Assembly (NCBI GenBank): GCA_965287045.1
Contig: OZ336899.1
Span: 14,074,001-14,138,000 of the forward strand
Direction of reading: 5' to 3'
From: Carcharhinus amblyrhynchos
Taxonomy: Eukaryota
Length of the DNA: 64,000 bases
In this document: positions 37,737-49,301 of the stretch, piece by piece
How the letters are laid out: every line of letters begins with the position of its first letter
How positions within the stretch are numbered: the stretch's first letter is position 1
Program-made: the position numbers and the translations under genes
Notes under the pieces: generated by a model
Seen by the model: the letters and a program-made list of their open reading frames with translations, nothing else
What the model was told of the DNA's origin: nothing
Database searches by the model: none

Positions 37737-38216
37737 TATATAGAAGTGACTAATTGCTTTTCATGTTAATAAGTAATACCAGAAATAGGCACTGTCATTG
37801 TGTTTACCTTTTTGTATGTTTGCTGGGGAAATGGAAAGATGAAAAGCAAAATATACAAGGGTGTATTTTATTGTTGTGAGTGCCTGACTTCTTGGATCCT
37901 GAGTTGTGGTGAATGTTCTGTGATAAATATATGCATGATCTCAAGACATTCCAAAGTGCTTTACAGCCAATTGGTGCTTTTTAAGTGTAGTCCCGTTTGT
38001 ACTATAGGAAATATGGCAACCAATTTGCACACAGCAAGCTCCTGCAGACCGCAATGTGATAAATGACCAGATGACCTGCTGGTTAAGGGATTATGTGCTC
38101 AAGTCTCCAGAAGATGGTTTAAACCTCAGCCTTCTGACTCAGAAGCAAGAGGTCATCATTGTGTATAGGCTGGAATCCAATTGAAGCGTTCTGTGCCTGA
38201 CTCTGTGTGATAATTA

Positions 38217-38480
38217 TAAATAAAGTTGATTTATTAGCTACAAGTAAGGTTTACTGCAATGAAGTTACTATGAAATCCCCCCTCGTTGCCACACTCTGAT
38301 GCCTGTTTGGTCAGTGCACCTAACTAGCATGTCTTTCAGACTGTGGGAGGAAACCAGAGGACCCGGAGGAAACCCATACAGACACAGGGAGAACATGCAA
38401 ACACCACACAGACACAAGCCAAGCCGGGAACTGAACCTGGGTCCCTGGCACTGCGAGGGAGCAGTGTTAACCACTGTGTC
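38217..38480 (-). mobile_element. V-SINE, aaacttt-type tail
   Basis: Head, V-domain and tail. Confidence 0.8.
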
Positions 38481-39152
38481 ATAGTAAGAAAGTAGAGTAG
38501 GTGGTTAAAATAGTGTACCCAGAGTTACATCTGTGGCTATCTATAGGACAACACTGGATTGAAGGTCTCAGTGGAGCCAAACTGCAGCAGGACATTGCAT
38601 TTTTTTCAAGCAGTCCTGATGAGATGAGAGACTGGATAGAGATGAAAGTCTGAGTGTTACATCTGTCTGAAGTACACTTCAAACAGTACATGAAATACAA
38701 AGCGAGGAGTAAATAGACAGTATTTGAGCATGTTCCGGGAGAAGGTTGCTGGGGGATAATAAGTCATTTTCAGTGTGTCAACATTCTAATAGAAATCTAC
38801 ACATGGCAAAAACTAGAAGGGAAAGATTATCAAAACACACTGTACTTCTCTTGTTCTTCTTTGTTGCTTTCAGCTCTCTGTTGCTAGGGCTGTTGTTAAG
38901 CAAGGTGATGTCAGTGGAACTCTGTGTGTTATAACTTCTTTCATACAGTGTGGAGTTTTTTTTTCTAAAACTGCCTGCATCAATCGCCAGACCATCAGAT
39001 CTCAATCTTGATCCGCACAAAACACATGTGACGGATACTAAAAAGAGGGGGCGGTGAAGGGCAAGGGGTAGCAATTTTGGAAGGGTAGGTAATAAAAGGT
39101 TATTTGACAAATCAATAACAAGAAGGCATAATCTCAGGATTAGTACCAGAAT

Positions 39153-39437
39153 GCAGGGTACAGTGGTTAGCACTGCTGCCTCACAGTGCCAGGGATCAGG
39201 GTTCAATTCTGCCTTTGGATCACTGTCTGTGTGGAGTTCGCACATTCTCCTTGTGTCTGCGTGGGTTTTCCACAGATGCTCCGGTTTCCCCCTACACTCC
39301 AAAGATGTGCAGTTAGATGGATTGGCCATGTTAAATTGCCCCTTAGTGTTAGGGGGACTAGCAGGGTAAATACATGGGGTTGGTGCAGGTTTGATGGGCC
39401 GAATGGCCTCCTTCTGCACTGTAGGGATTCTATGATT
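39153..39437 (+). mobile_element. HE1-like V-SINE with CR1-like tail
   Basis: Head, V-domain and tail. Confidence 0.85.
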
Positions 39438-39650
39438 TGATAAGCCCAAAGGGGAAGAGTGAAGGAGCTTTTCACCTATAGGGTGGTTAAAACATGGGAT
39501 ATTTCTCCACAAGGAGCAACTGTAAGCAAATTATGAATAACATTAAGAGGGAATGAAATAAACACTCTGATGGAGAAAACATGGCATGGGGAATGAGCAG
39601 AGGAGTGGGATTGTAGTGGTTGGAGCCAATGGGAGAAGTCAGCACTAGTT

Positions 39651-39843
39651 AAGAAGTCTCACAACACCAGGTTAAAGTCCAACAGGTTTATTTGGTTGCA
39701 TGAGCTTTCAGAGCACTGCTCCTTCGTCAGGTGAGTCATGCTCTGAAAGCTCGTGCTACCAAATAAACCTGTTGGACTTTAACCTGGTGTTGTGAGAATT
39801 CTTACTGTACCCGCCCCAATCCAATGCTAGCAACTCCACATCC
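39651..39843. mobile_element. Palindromic Penelope-like remnant (family A) with a hammerhead-like core on the minus strand
   Basis: Inverted arms; minus strand cacCTGACGA-aggagcagtgctct-GAAA-gcTC at 39733-39702. Confidence 0.75.
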
Positions 39844-39847
39844 CATC

Positions 39848-40068
39848 AAGTTACTGTGAAAATCCCCTCGTCGCCACACTCCAGCACTTGTTCAGGTACA
39901 CTGAGAGAGAATTTAGCATGGCCAATGCACCTAACCTGCACATCTCTGGGACTGTGGGAGGAAACTGGAGCACCAGGAGAAAACCCACACAGACATGGGG
40001 AGAATGTGCAAACTCCACACAGACAGTGACCAAAGCCAGGAATCAAACCCAGGTCCATGGTGCTGTGA
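39848..40068 (-). mobile_element. V-SINE (partial), aaacttt-type body
   Basis: V-domain and ggggattttcacagtaact segment. Confidence 0.75.
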
Positions 40069-41979
40069 GTGCCGCCTTGCATTCTGTTCACTGAGGTTCA
40101 TGCGGACTTTTTTTAAATAGATGCTGTAGATTGCTTGCTGTGGTTGGCTGTTTAAACAGACATTTTGATGAGTAATTAGACAATTTGCTGTGAAATAGAC
40201 TGTGAGTCCTGCTGTTAAGTCCCACTTTCTTCTCGCTCATTGGCTAAGACACAGTATAACCCATTAGCTGACAGAGCACTGTCAATCAACACTCTGAGAA
40301 AACTTTACTTTCAGTTTTTAAACATTAATTGAGATGACAAGACTATCTACCAGTGTTTTCATCATCAGCCCATTGAAATGAGGATGATATCTGCTACGTT
40401 TCATGACTTGTGTCCTCAGGTGACTCAACATGCCAATCCTGAAGCCACAGGTCTCTGGACAGGAAGGACAAGACTTGCCCGGAGGAAGGGAGGTTCACAA
40501 GCCATTCCTGCTCACCTGCTTTTGTTCCTTCTCTCGAGCAGAGTTTGTGCAGTCAGTGTTTTCAGACTGTTTTGCAGCTTGTTGGATGAGGTACTGCTAC
40601 ATGGTACAATTTGTTGCAGGTTCCTCCTTGTGCACCAATGTTCCTTTTTCAATAAAGCCTTCAGGGTGCCCTTTAAAATATTTTCTCAGTTCTCCTTGAG
40701 ATTGGGCACCAACAGTTTACAATTTAGCGGCAGCAAAGAGTGAGCGAGCAGAGCCCTGTGAACGTGGAGTTTTCAAAAAACGTTTATGCCATTCTTAAAG
40801 TTACAAAGTCAATGCGCAGAATAGAGGGCAAGCTCTTGATCCATCTCCTTGCTCGCTTCAGAAATGCATTCAAATTGAATCCAATTCATGGTCCCCACAA
40901 AAGAGACAAACAAGATTCAAGCTGACAAGAAAAGGCATTGCATCTGGTCTTGGGCTTGATCTGACTCTTCATCTTAGCCAAACATTCAAGATGCACAGGT
41001 TTGTCTCTACTTGGTACGATTTGTGTTCTGCTGACCACACGACAGACTGTAGTGGTGGCCCACCTTGCGGTACAAATGAGGTGACAGCAAGAGACTGTGG
41101 TAACCCAGGGAGACAGCAAGGACCCAGGAGATGGCAGTCGAGTGACAATGGGAGTTTGTAGTGCAAACTGACATATAATAATGCCATTATATTGGTTCAT
41201 TAATCAGGGCTGTAATTCCAGTTGGATGGAGGCAATAAATAGGCTGGATTGCATTAGTCACCTTGTTACACACCAGAACAGAGACAGCTCCATCACAGAC
41301 AATAGAATTAACTGTCTTAGGCGGGATGCCTAAAACGTGGTCAATACTATATCATCTGTTTTTGTGTGACCATCCAAGCCAAACTTCTACCTAGTGATGC
41401 CTGGCTGCATTCTGTATGGCAGTCATTTTACATAAACAAAGTTGCAAGTTTCCATTTTGGCTCAGACTCGGCAGTGTAAAGACAGACAGGATAAACAGAG
41501 TTTCTGCTTGAATGGGGAACGGGTGAATGTCTTTACAAACACAATCACATCAAATATTTACACCATTTGTTGGCAGCAAACAGAAATTCTAATCACCAGA
41601 TTAGACACTGAGCAGCTGCATCCAAAGGAAATTTTCAATAAATATATCACTGTGTGTTACTGCTTCCCAAAATATTGACATTCTACATTATTCAATGTAC
41701 CATTCAAGGTATAGTACTCACTGAATGTGATTCCTTTTCTAAAAATTAACTGGGTTTCATTGGATTTGATGGGACATTTTTCTCCTGTGGTATGGGAACA
41801 TAGGAATGTAGGCTGGTTAGCCCCCAAGCCTGTTTCACCATTCAATTAGATCATGCTGATCTGCATCTCAACTCCATCTACTTGCCTTGATTCCACAATA
41901 CCTTGGCCTCACAATAATTAGCCATGCAATGCCTTCAGAAAAAATGCATTCTTCACGGAAAGGTCAGCATTTATTGTCT

Positions 41980-42232
41980 AGAACCGAGATGAGGAGGAAT
42001 TTCTTTCACCAGACAAGGGAAATCTGTGAAATTCATTGCCAGAGAGGGCTGTGGAGGCCAGATCATTCAGTGTATTTAAGGCAGAGATTGATAGGTTTTT
42101 GGTTGGTAAAGGGATCAAAGGTTACGGGCAAAAGATGGGAGAATGAGGTTTAGAAACATATCAGCCATGATCGAACTGCAGAGTAGACTTAATGGGCCAA
42201 ATGGCCTAATTCTGCTCCTATATCTTATGTTC
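41980..42232 (+). mobile_element. CR1 3' end
   Basis: RTEMRRNFF signature and ctcctatatcttatgtt tail. Confidence 0.8.
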
Positions 42233-42565
42233 TGTCCTTAGTTGGTGTTTCTTGTTATGATGGTGCTTCTACAATGGTGTTCAGTGGGAAGCTCCAGGTA
42301 TAATGAAGGAACAATCTCACAATCTGGATGGCTTGTAATGGAGAAAGGAAAATGGATGTGACAGCTCTCACGTGGCCTTACTGCTGTTATCCTCTGTGAC
42401 AAAGAATTCGCAGGGTTGGACGGTGCTGTCAAAGTGACGTAGGTGAAGTGCTGCAGAGAGTTCTGTATTTTCTGCTGAAATGATCCAGTTGAAGATGGAG
42501 AGGGGGAGGATAGACAATGTGCTCACCAGCAGAGACACCTATTAAAAAAACTGCTCAGTCCTGTC

Positions 42566-42881
42566 TGGTGTTAACACTGCTGCTTCACAGCACCAGGGTC
42601 CCAGGTTCGATTCCTGGCTTGGGTCACTGTCTATGCAGAGACTGCATGTCCTCCCCGTTTCTGCATGGGTTTCCTTTGGGTGCTCTGGTTTCCTCCCACA
42701 GTCCGAAAGACATGCTGGTTCGGTGCATTGGCCATGCTAAATTCTCTCTTAGTGCACCTGAACAGGTGCTGGAATATGCAACTAGGGGATTTTCACAGTA
42801 ACTTCATTGCAGTGTTAATATAACTTCATTGCAGTGCTACTTGTGGCACTATGAAATAAACTTTAAAAAAACTTAAAACTT
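42566..42881 (+). mobile_element. V-SINE, aaacttt-type tail
   Basis: V-domain; internal duplication of taacttcattgcagtg. Confidence 0.8.
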
Positions 42882-43146
42882 GTTACTCCAATGCAGAATC
42901 AGCGAAGCTTCCTTGACTGTTGTTTGTGTTTTGATGTCAATGGAGACAAAAGCATTTTCCAGGTGGTAAGAGGTTCCCAAGCGATGGCAAACAAATGGAG
43001 TCTCATGATGATGGTGCGCCTTGGAGCTTGGGCTGTTTATTAGCCTTTGACAGGTAAATCTACATGTTACACTAATAAATAAACTTTAAACTTCATGACC
43101 CACAACTTTCTGCTGGGAAAATGCCAGAACTACTAAATCGAGTCAA

Positions 43147-43338
43147 GCATCTGGTAAGGAGAGATTCGAATTGATATTTTGAGTCCAGATGACCCTTTGT
43201 CAAAGCTTTGTCAAACGGTCATCTGCACTCAAAATGGCAGCTCGTTTCTCTCCTTACAGATGCTGCCAGACCTGTTAAGATTTTTCTGTATTTTCTCTTC
43301 TGGTTTTAGGTTCCAGCATCTGCAGTAATTTGCTTTTA
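43147..43338. mobile_element. Palindromic Penelope-like remnant (family B, degenerate)
   Basis: Inverted arms centred on aaagcttt (43202-43209). Confidence 0.6.
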
Positions 43339-43811
43339 CCCTACAAGTGGAACTGTTTTTCCGACATTTATCCGATCAAACCCTTTCATAATTTTGAAGG
43401 TCTCACTTCAGAACCTTCACTTTTTCTGAGAAGGGTCTAATGGTCTCTTCTTGTTCCTAAAACAACATTATAATAAACAATGTGATGTTCTGCTTTTCAT
43501 GATCACTTGTGATTACAATAGGGACTGCACGTCAAAAGTGATTTATTAGTTGTGACACGCTTTGAGACACTGCAAGGCACTACTTGGTGGGGCATTTCTC
43601 TCAGGTTATCGGCTCTACTTGTCTCTATACAGATATTTAATCCACTCTTGTATTCCTCAAGCGCATAGGCTTGAATACTATATGCACTATCCAATCCTTC
43701 CAGGTTACAATTAAAATAATAGGTTATTATCGCGCAGTCATAGCCCCAAAAGACTTTCAGCAGAGAGTTGTGTCCCTCAAGCAGTCTAAACATTCCTAGA
43801 CTGAGTGTCAG

Positions 43812-44127
43812 GGCAGGACAATAGCACAGTGGGTAGCACTACTGCCTCACTGTGCCAGGGACCCGGGTTCAATTCCCAGCTTGTGTCACTGTCTGTGCGG
43901 AATCTGCAACGTTTTCCGCTTGTCTGCGTGGGTTTCCTCTGGGTGCTCCGGTTTCCTCCCACACTCCAAAGGTGTGTGGGTTAGATTGAGTGGCCATGCT
44001 ACATTTACCCTGGTGTCAAGGGGATTAGCAGGGTAAATGTGTGGGATTATGGGAATAGGGTTTGGGTGGGATTGTCGGTACAGACTCGATGGATCAAATG
44101 GCCTTCTTCTGTACTGTAGGGATTCTT
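43812..44127 (+). mobile_element. HE1-like V-SINE with CR1-like tail
   Basis: Head, V-domain and tail. Confidence 0.85.
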
Positions 44128-44222
44128 TGATAAACTGCACAGGATTGTCAGCCTCATATGCTTGATAGAAGTCAACAAGGTTACACTAAGGCTTCATTTG
44201 AAGCAAGTTTTTGAAACACTAT

Positions 44223-44348
44223 CTAGGCCTTTGGCTAAGATGAAGCTTAGCTCAAGCCCAGGAGGGGTGTAGTGCTGCTCTTATCAGCTTGGATCATGTA
44301 GATAAAGCCCAAGACAGGAAAAATGGGCCTGTCTTGTCAGCTTGGATC
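44223..44348 (+). pseudogene. U2 snRNA-derived sequence with an insertion and two tandem hairpins
   Basis: ctaggcctttggctaagatgaag resembles U2 nt 8-31; gtgtagtgctgctcttatcag resembles U2 nt 31-52; not an intact U2 gene. Confidence 0.6.
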
Positions 44349-44704
44349 AGGAATGTCTCTCTTGATTGACCAGTTTGGTTTTTTGATTGGATATAAATTT
44401 TTTAAAAATTATTAAGACATGGGACTTGAACTAACAACTTTGAGCTGAGAAGTGAGATGCTAGCCACTGAGTCAAGCCTTTGTGGAGGTGCTTCAATTGA
44501 TCTCAGTGACGAAAGAGGGAAACATTGTCAGAAAGCCATTGTCTTGAAATGTTCACTGTGCTTTTCTCTCTCCACAGATGCTACCAAATCTGCTGAGTAT
44601 TTACAGCATTTTTCTGTTTTTATCATCACTCAGGGCTCCCTGCTTATCTACTGTTATCTCTTGGAAAGTGGGTCTGAATGGATGTCAGGTCAGGAAAGGG
44701 TCAG

Positions 44705-44915
44705 TCTCAGCAGGTCTGACAACATCTGTGGAGAGAGAGAATAGAGCCAACGTTTCGAATCTGGATGACCCTTCATCCGAGCTCTGACAAAGGGTCACCT
44801 AGACTCGAAACGTTGGCTCTATTCTCTCCCTCTACAGATGCTGTCAGACCTGCTGAGATTTTCTAGCATTTTCTGTTTTTGTTTCAGATTCCAGTATCCG
44901 CCGTATTTTGCATTT
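44705..44915. mobile_element. Palindromic Penelope-like remnant (family B), 154-bp palindrome plus extension
   Basis: 44705-44858 is symmetric about gagctc (44779-44784); decayed hammerhead-like cores on both arms. Confidence 0.7.
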
Positions 44916-46218
44916 ATTTTAAGAAAGGGGCAGGTTCAGTTTCAATGCCGTCCATGGGTGAATCATCTGTTGACACTTACTTTCCAGCCTCATACACGAG
45001 AAATGTCTTCTGATCCTCCTGGACATACATACAAATACACACGTGCTTATACACACACAGACATGCACAAATGTGGGAAGTATACACAAGCACTTCAGGT
45101 ACACACGTGCACACACAAACACAAGGGCAATGCCCACAAAAGTGTTTGCACAAACACTTCCTGGCACTGGTCATTAGAAAGCAACTAGTGAGTGGCTGTT
45201 TTTATTAATATTTTACTCTTTAATTGGAGCCAACTGTACTTCCTCCACCGCACCTTGGATGGAAATGCTTCAATTCAGTGTGGAGTAGGGATCAAATATT
45301 AGGCTGGAAAATCTACCTTATATTTGAAGAATTAACTTCAAGGAATCTGTCACTTTAAGATTTAGCATCAGAAATACTGTGCAAGTTCACAATGCCATGG
45401 TGTCAATCGTAATCAGGCACACATTTACTAGACAATTTCTCATGGACGTATTGCCACTTTCTGAAATATTATATCCTACATAACGTACCATGTCACCTAT
45501 TTGTCGACCTTCATTGTGGACAGCCTCTTATCACACATTTAATGCCTTGCGGAGAGAACTGAAGGTCACCAAGGTTCAGGACAATGGCTTTGTTTAAAGT
45601 GACACTGAGGGTAAAATGTTTATCAAACGTCAATTTTGAGTGGGGCTGGTGGGGGGAGGCAAGAGGAGCAATTTATGCACTGCACTGTATCATTGACAAC
45701 ATAGTTTAAAAAAAATGTCTGGCAAACACTTTATTACCAGTGACGCATCGCATAAAGCTCTCAGTAAGATGATTGGTGCTACACACTGAGTCTGTACTCA
45801 GCTCACACCAGTCACTGGATTCAGTCTTCCAACTCTTGTCCTTTTGTGCAGTCAATCGCAACTGAGGTCATAGGTACAAAATCCACACTCAACTGCAACA
45901 CAAGTGACAGGCACATAGTGGGCAGTCAGTCGCAATAGCAGTCTGTCTTCCTGCAGTTAATCTTTGCACTTCAATAGGAGGCCTTATGGCACATTAGTAG
46001 CATTCCTAACATTGGACCAGAAGCTCTGGATTTGAGTCCAACTTGTTGCCAGGGAAAGGGCAGCCAACACAGTTAAATGAGCTGATAATCAGCTCAGGAA
46101 TCCTTCCACCAGTTCCCCCAACTATTCCCCCAAGGATAAAAAACAGTGTGGCTGCGAAGATATGCTAAAAACAAAACCCTCTGGTACTTGCCAACCATCT
46201 GGTGGTACTCAATAAAAT

Positions 46219-46437
46219 CCTGTGTGGAGGTTGCATGTTCTCCCTGTGTCCAAGTGGGTTCTTCCCACATTCCAAAGATGTGCAAGTTAGGGGATTGGCC
46301 TTACTACATTGCCCCTTAGTATTGGGGGTTCAGGAGGGTAAATATGTGGGGTTTTGGGGATAGGGCCTGGGTGGAATTGTTGTCAGTGTAGGCTCAATGG
46401 GCAAATAGCCCTCCTTCTGCATAGTAGGGATTCTATG
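46219..46437 (+). mobile_element. HE1-like V-SINE, 5'-truncated
   Basis: V-domain and CR1-like tail. Confidence 0.75.
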
Positions 46438-46928
46438 AAACAGTCTCCAACTACAATGGGCCATGCTTGGTAAAATTCTGATTTATAATCCACTTCTTTG
46501 ATGCTAGGTTAAATATTTGAAAATCTATTGCTCCTCACCACCTTTGGGCTCCTGTAGCTTTAATATGTAACAGGTGAAAAAGCAAACTTTGTTTAAAGAA
46601 ATATATTACAACATTACATGACAAGATGCAAGTTTTCACCTACATCTCCATGCGGTGGATAAAGGTGTGCTGCCTGCTTGGCTGTAATAGCACATTTAAG
46701 AGAGGAAAAGTAAGTACAAATAATGGAATAGCAAAGCACAAAGGAAGGACCAGATGGGACCATAATTTTTACACCAGCTTTTCATCTCAAAGAATTGGAC
46801 ACACTTCCAAAAATAGGCTGTTGGGACAAAAATTTTCTTTGCTTGTTGGGTATAAAGCCTAGTGTTTGGGTTCTCTCAATCTACTTCCTGGTGGTCTTCA
46901 GACCATAGCACAAACCATCCTTGGGTAG

Positions 46929-47626
46929 GAGCTTTACTCTGTATCTAACCTCATGCTGTACCTGTCCTGGGAGTGTTTGATGGGGACAGTGTAGAGAGAG
47001 CTTTACTCTGTATCTAACCCCGTGCTGTACCTATCCTGAGAGTGTTTGATGGGGACATTGTCAAGAGAGCTTTACTGTGTATCTAACCCGGTGCTGTACC
47101 TGTCCTGGGAGTGTTTGATGGGACAGTGTAGAGGGAGCTTTACTCTGTATCTAACCCCATGCTGTACCTGTCCTGGGAGTGTTTGATGGGGAGTGTAGGA
47201 AGAGCTTTACTCTGTATCTAACCTCGTGCTATACCTGTCCTGTGAGTGTTTGATGGGAATAGTGTGGAAGGAGCTTTACTCTCTACCTAACCCCATGCTG
47301 TACCTGTCCTAAGAGTGTTTGATGTGACAATGTAGAGGGAGCTTTACTCTGTATCTAACCCCGTGCTATACCAGTCCTGGGAGTGTTTGATGGGGACAGT
47401 GCAGAGGAAGCTTTATTCTGTACCTAACCAAGTGCTGTACCTATCCTGGGACTGTTTGATGGGGACAGTGTAAAGGGGGCTTTACTCTGTATCTAACCCT
47501 GTGCTGTACCTGTCCTGAGAGTGTTTGATGGAGACAATGTCAAGGGAGCTTGACCCCATGCTGCACCTGTCCTGGGAGTGTTTAATGGGACAGTGTAGCG
47601 GGAGCTTTACTCTGTAGCTAACCCCC
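46929..47626. repeat. 69-bp minisatellite, ~10 copies (gagctttactctgtatctaaccccgtgctgtacctgtcctgggagtgtttgatggggacagtgtagagg)
   Basis: Unit starts at 46931, 47000, 47069, 47137, 47204, 47273, 47341, 47410, 47479, 47548, 47604. Confidence 0.95.
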
Positions 47627-49179
47627 TGATGCTCTGAAAGTATTTGTCAGGATTGTGGAAAGAGAGCATTAAGGGGAAGCATGTGAAGACAAAAAGAAAG
47701 AAGGAAATACTAGTTGTTGAGATGAAGTAAGAGTGGGAGGAGGCTCATGTGGAGCCACAATGTGAATTAATTGGACCAAATGCCTGATATTGTGCTGTAA
47801 GTACTCTGTAATTCTACCTAAAAGAAGCTGAGAGACATTGCCTTTTATGGTATTTGGCTGTGAATGTCCTTGTATGGGAAATCTGTGTGTATATTAAAAA
47901 GTCAAACTTAAATATTTGCCAATGTTTACTATTCTAGAGACTTTGTCCTTCATAAATCATTTCAAGTGTGTGCTTTAAGGAAGAGACGACAGAAGGGTTT
48001 GTTTGTTTATCAATGTCTATGGTGGGGTCACACAGGCACCATGCAGAAGCCGTACATTACATTTATCCCCGTGAAGCTGGGCCATAGTGATATCTATGCA
48101 ACACAATCCGATGCCAGCTATCGTGGCACAGGCAGGAAAGTAGTTTCACAAACTTCTGCCAGTGAAGACTCTGCCTGTCTCAACAGGAAAACTCATCTCT
48201 GCCAGACTTTATAAAACTCACTTAAACATTGCTTAGCATTCCACAAGAAAGAAACAAAGGCTTGTATTTGCATAACTGCTTTCACAACCTAGGATGTCCC
48301 TTTGCATTTTACAGTCAAATAAATACTTTTTAAGGTGTAGCCACTGTGGGAATGTGGGAAATGTGGCAGCTAGTGAGTAGCAAAGTGATAATTACCAAAT
48401 TGTTTTTTTTATGTTGATCGGGGGATGAATATTTCCCAGAACACCCCGGGGAGCTTCCCAACACTACTTCAACATAGTGTCATGGGGATCTTTGATGTCC
48501 ACTTGAGATAGGGTTTCGGTTTAAAGTCTTGACCAGAACACAGCACCCCCAACAGTGTAGCACTCCCTCAGTACTGTACTGGAGCTGCAACCTAGATTTT
48601 GGTGCCCAGGGGATGAGTGTGGACCTCTCGCCAGACATTCTGAGCAACTTAAAATAAAAACTAGGTTCACCTTCATGTGAAAGAAATCATCACTCAGACA
48701 ATGTTTCAAAACTGTACTTTTGGTGGACTGATTTCAAGTCACTGTTCCCAATAAATTGTCCTGAATTCCACCACCCCTCCCCCTCCAACAAGATTTGGGA
48801 CTGGTAGATGAATTTTCCAACAGAATTAACAGAGCAATGTTACTTCGTTAAAAAAAAATGTTCTGCAGAAAATCAGATTTGAGTTTGGTATCTCTTTCCT
48901 CTCACTCAAAAGGAGAATTACTTCTGGAAGTGTGTAATAGTATATTTCTACTCAGCAGGAGTATTGTGGGGAACACAAGTAAGGTAAACAGAATAGTTAA
49001 GCAGAAGAAAATGAACTTCAAACAAAGAGCGGCAGAAAGAATGCTCCACACTGCTCTGAGATCTGTTCAATAAAAACAAGCACCGGCTAAGAGGAAGCAA
49101 TTCCCCAGTCAGTGCCTTACTAACACACACTGAAATATATTTTCTGGACAGTAACACACATAACCCGTAGAAAGCTACA

Positions 49180-49201
49180 AACACACACAAAGAAACACAC
49201 A

Positions 49202-49237
<36 letters not shown>

Positions 49238-49263
49238 CACGCGCTTACACACAAACGCACACA
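49180..49263. repeat. (CA)n microsatellite
   Basis: Direct reading. Confidence 0.95.
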
Positions 49264-49282
49264 GCTCAGAGGAGTTCAATAC

Positions 49283-49301
49283 CTTGCACTTCACTTGTCA
49301 T
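49283..49301 (-). CDS. CAMTA1: Candidate coding part of an internal alternative first exon (MTSEVQ-D)
   Basis: ATG ACA AGT GAA GTG CAA G|gtattg; phase-1 donor fits the 23516 acceptor (G+AC=Asp); upstream in-frame stop; repeat-free surroundings. Confidence 0.45.

Noticed and set aside
38479-38700. Cys-rich minus-strand ORF as an alternative first coding exon
   Set aside because: The only nearby donor (gg|gtacac) is weak and phase 2, incompatible with the phase-1 acceptor at 23516
40228-40256. Second U2-like match (ttctcgctcattggctaaga)
   Set aside because: Too short and mismatched; better explained as a CCAAT-containing site
43503-43793. 96-aa ORF in unique sequence
   Set aside because: No recognisable homology or splice structure; length is within chance expectation
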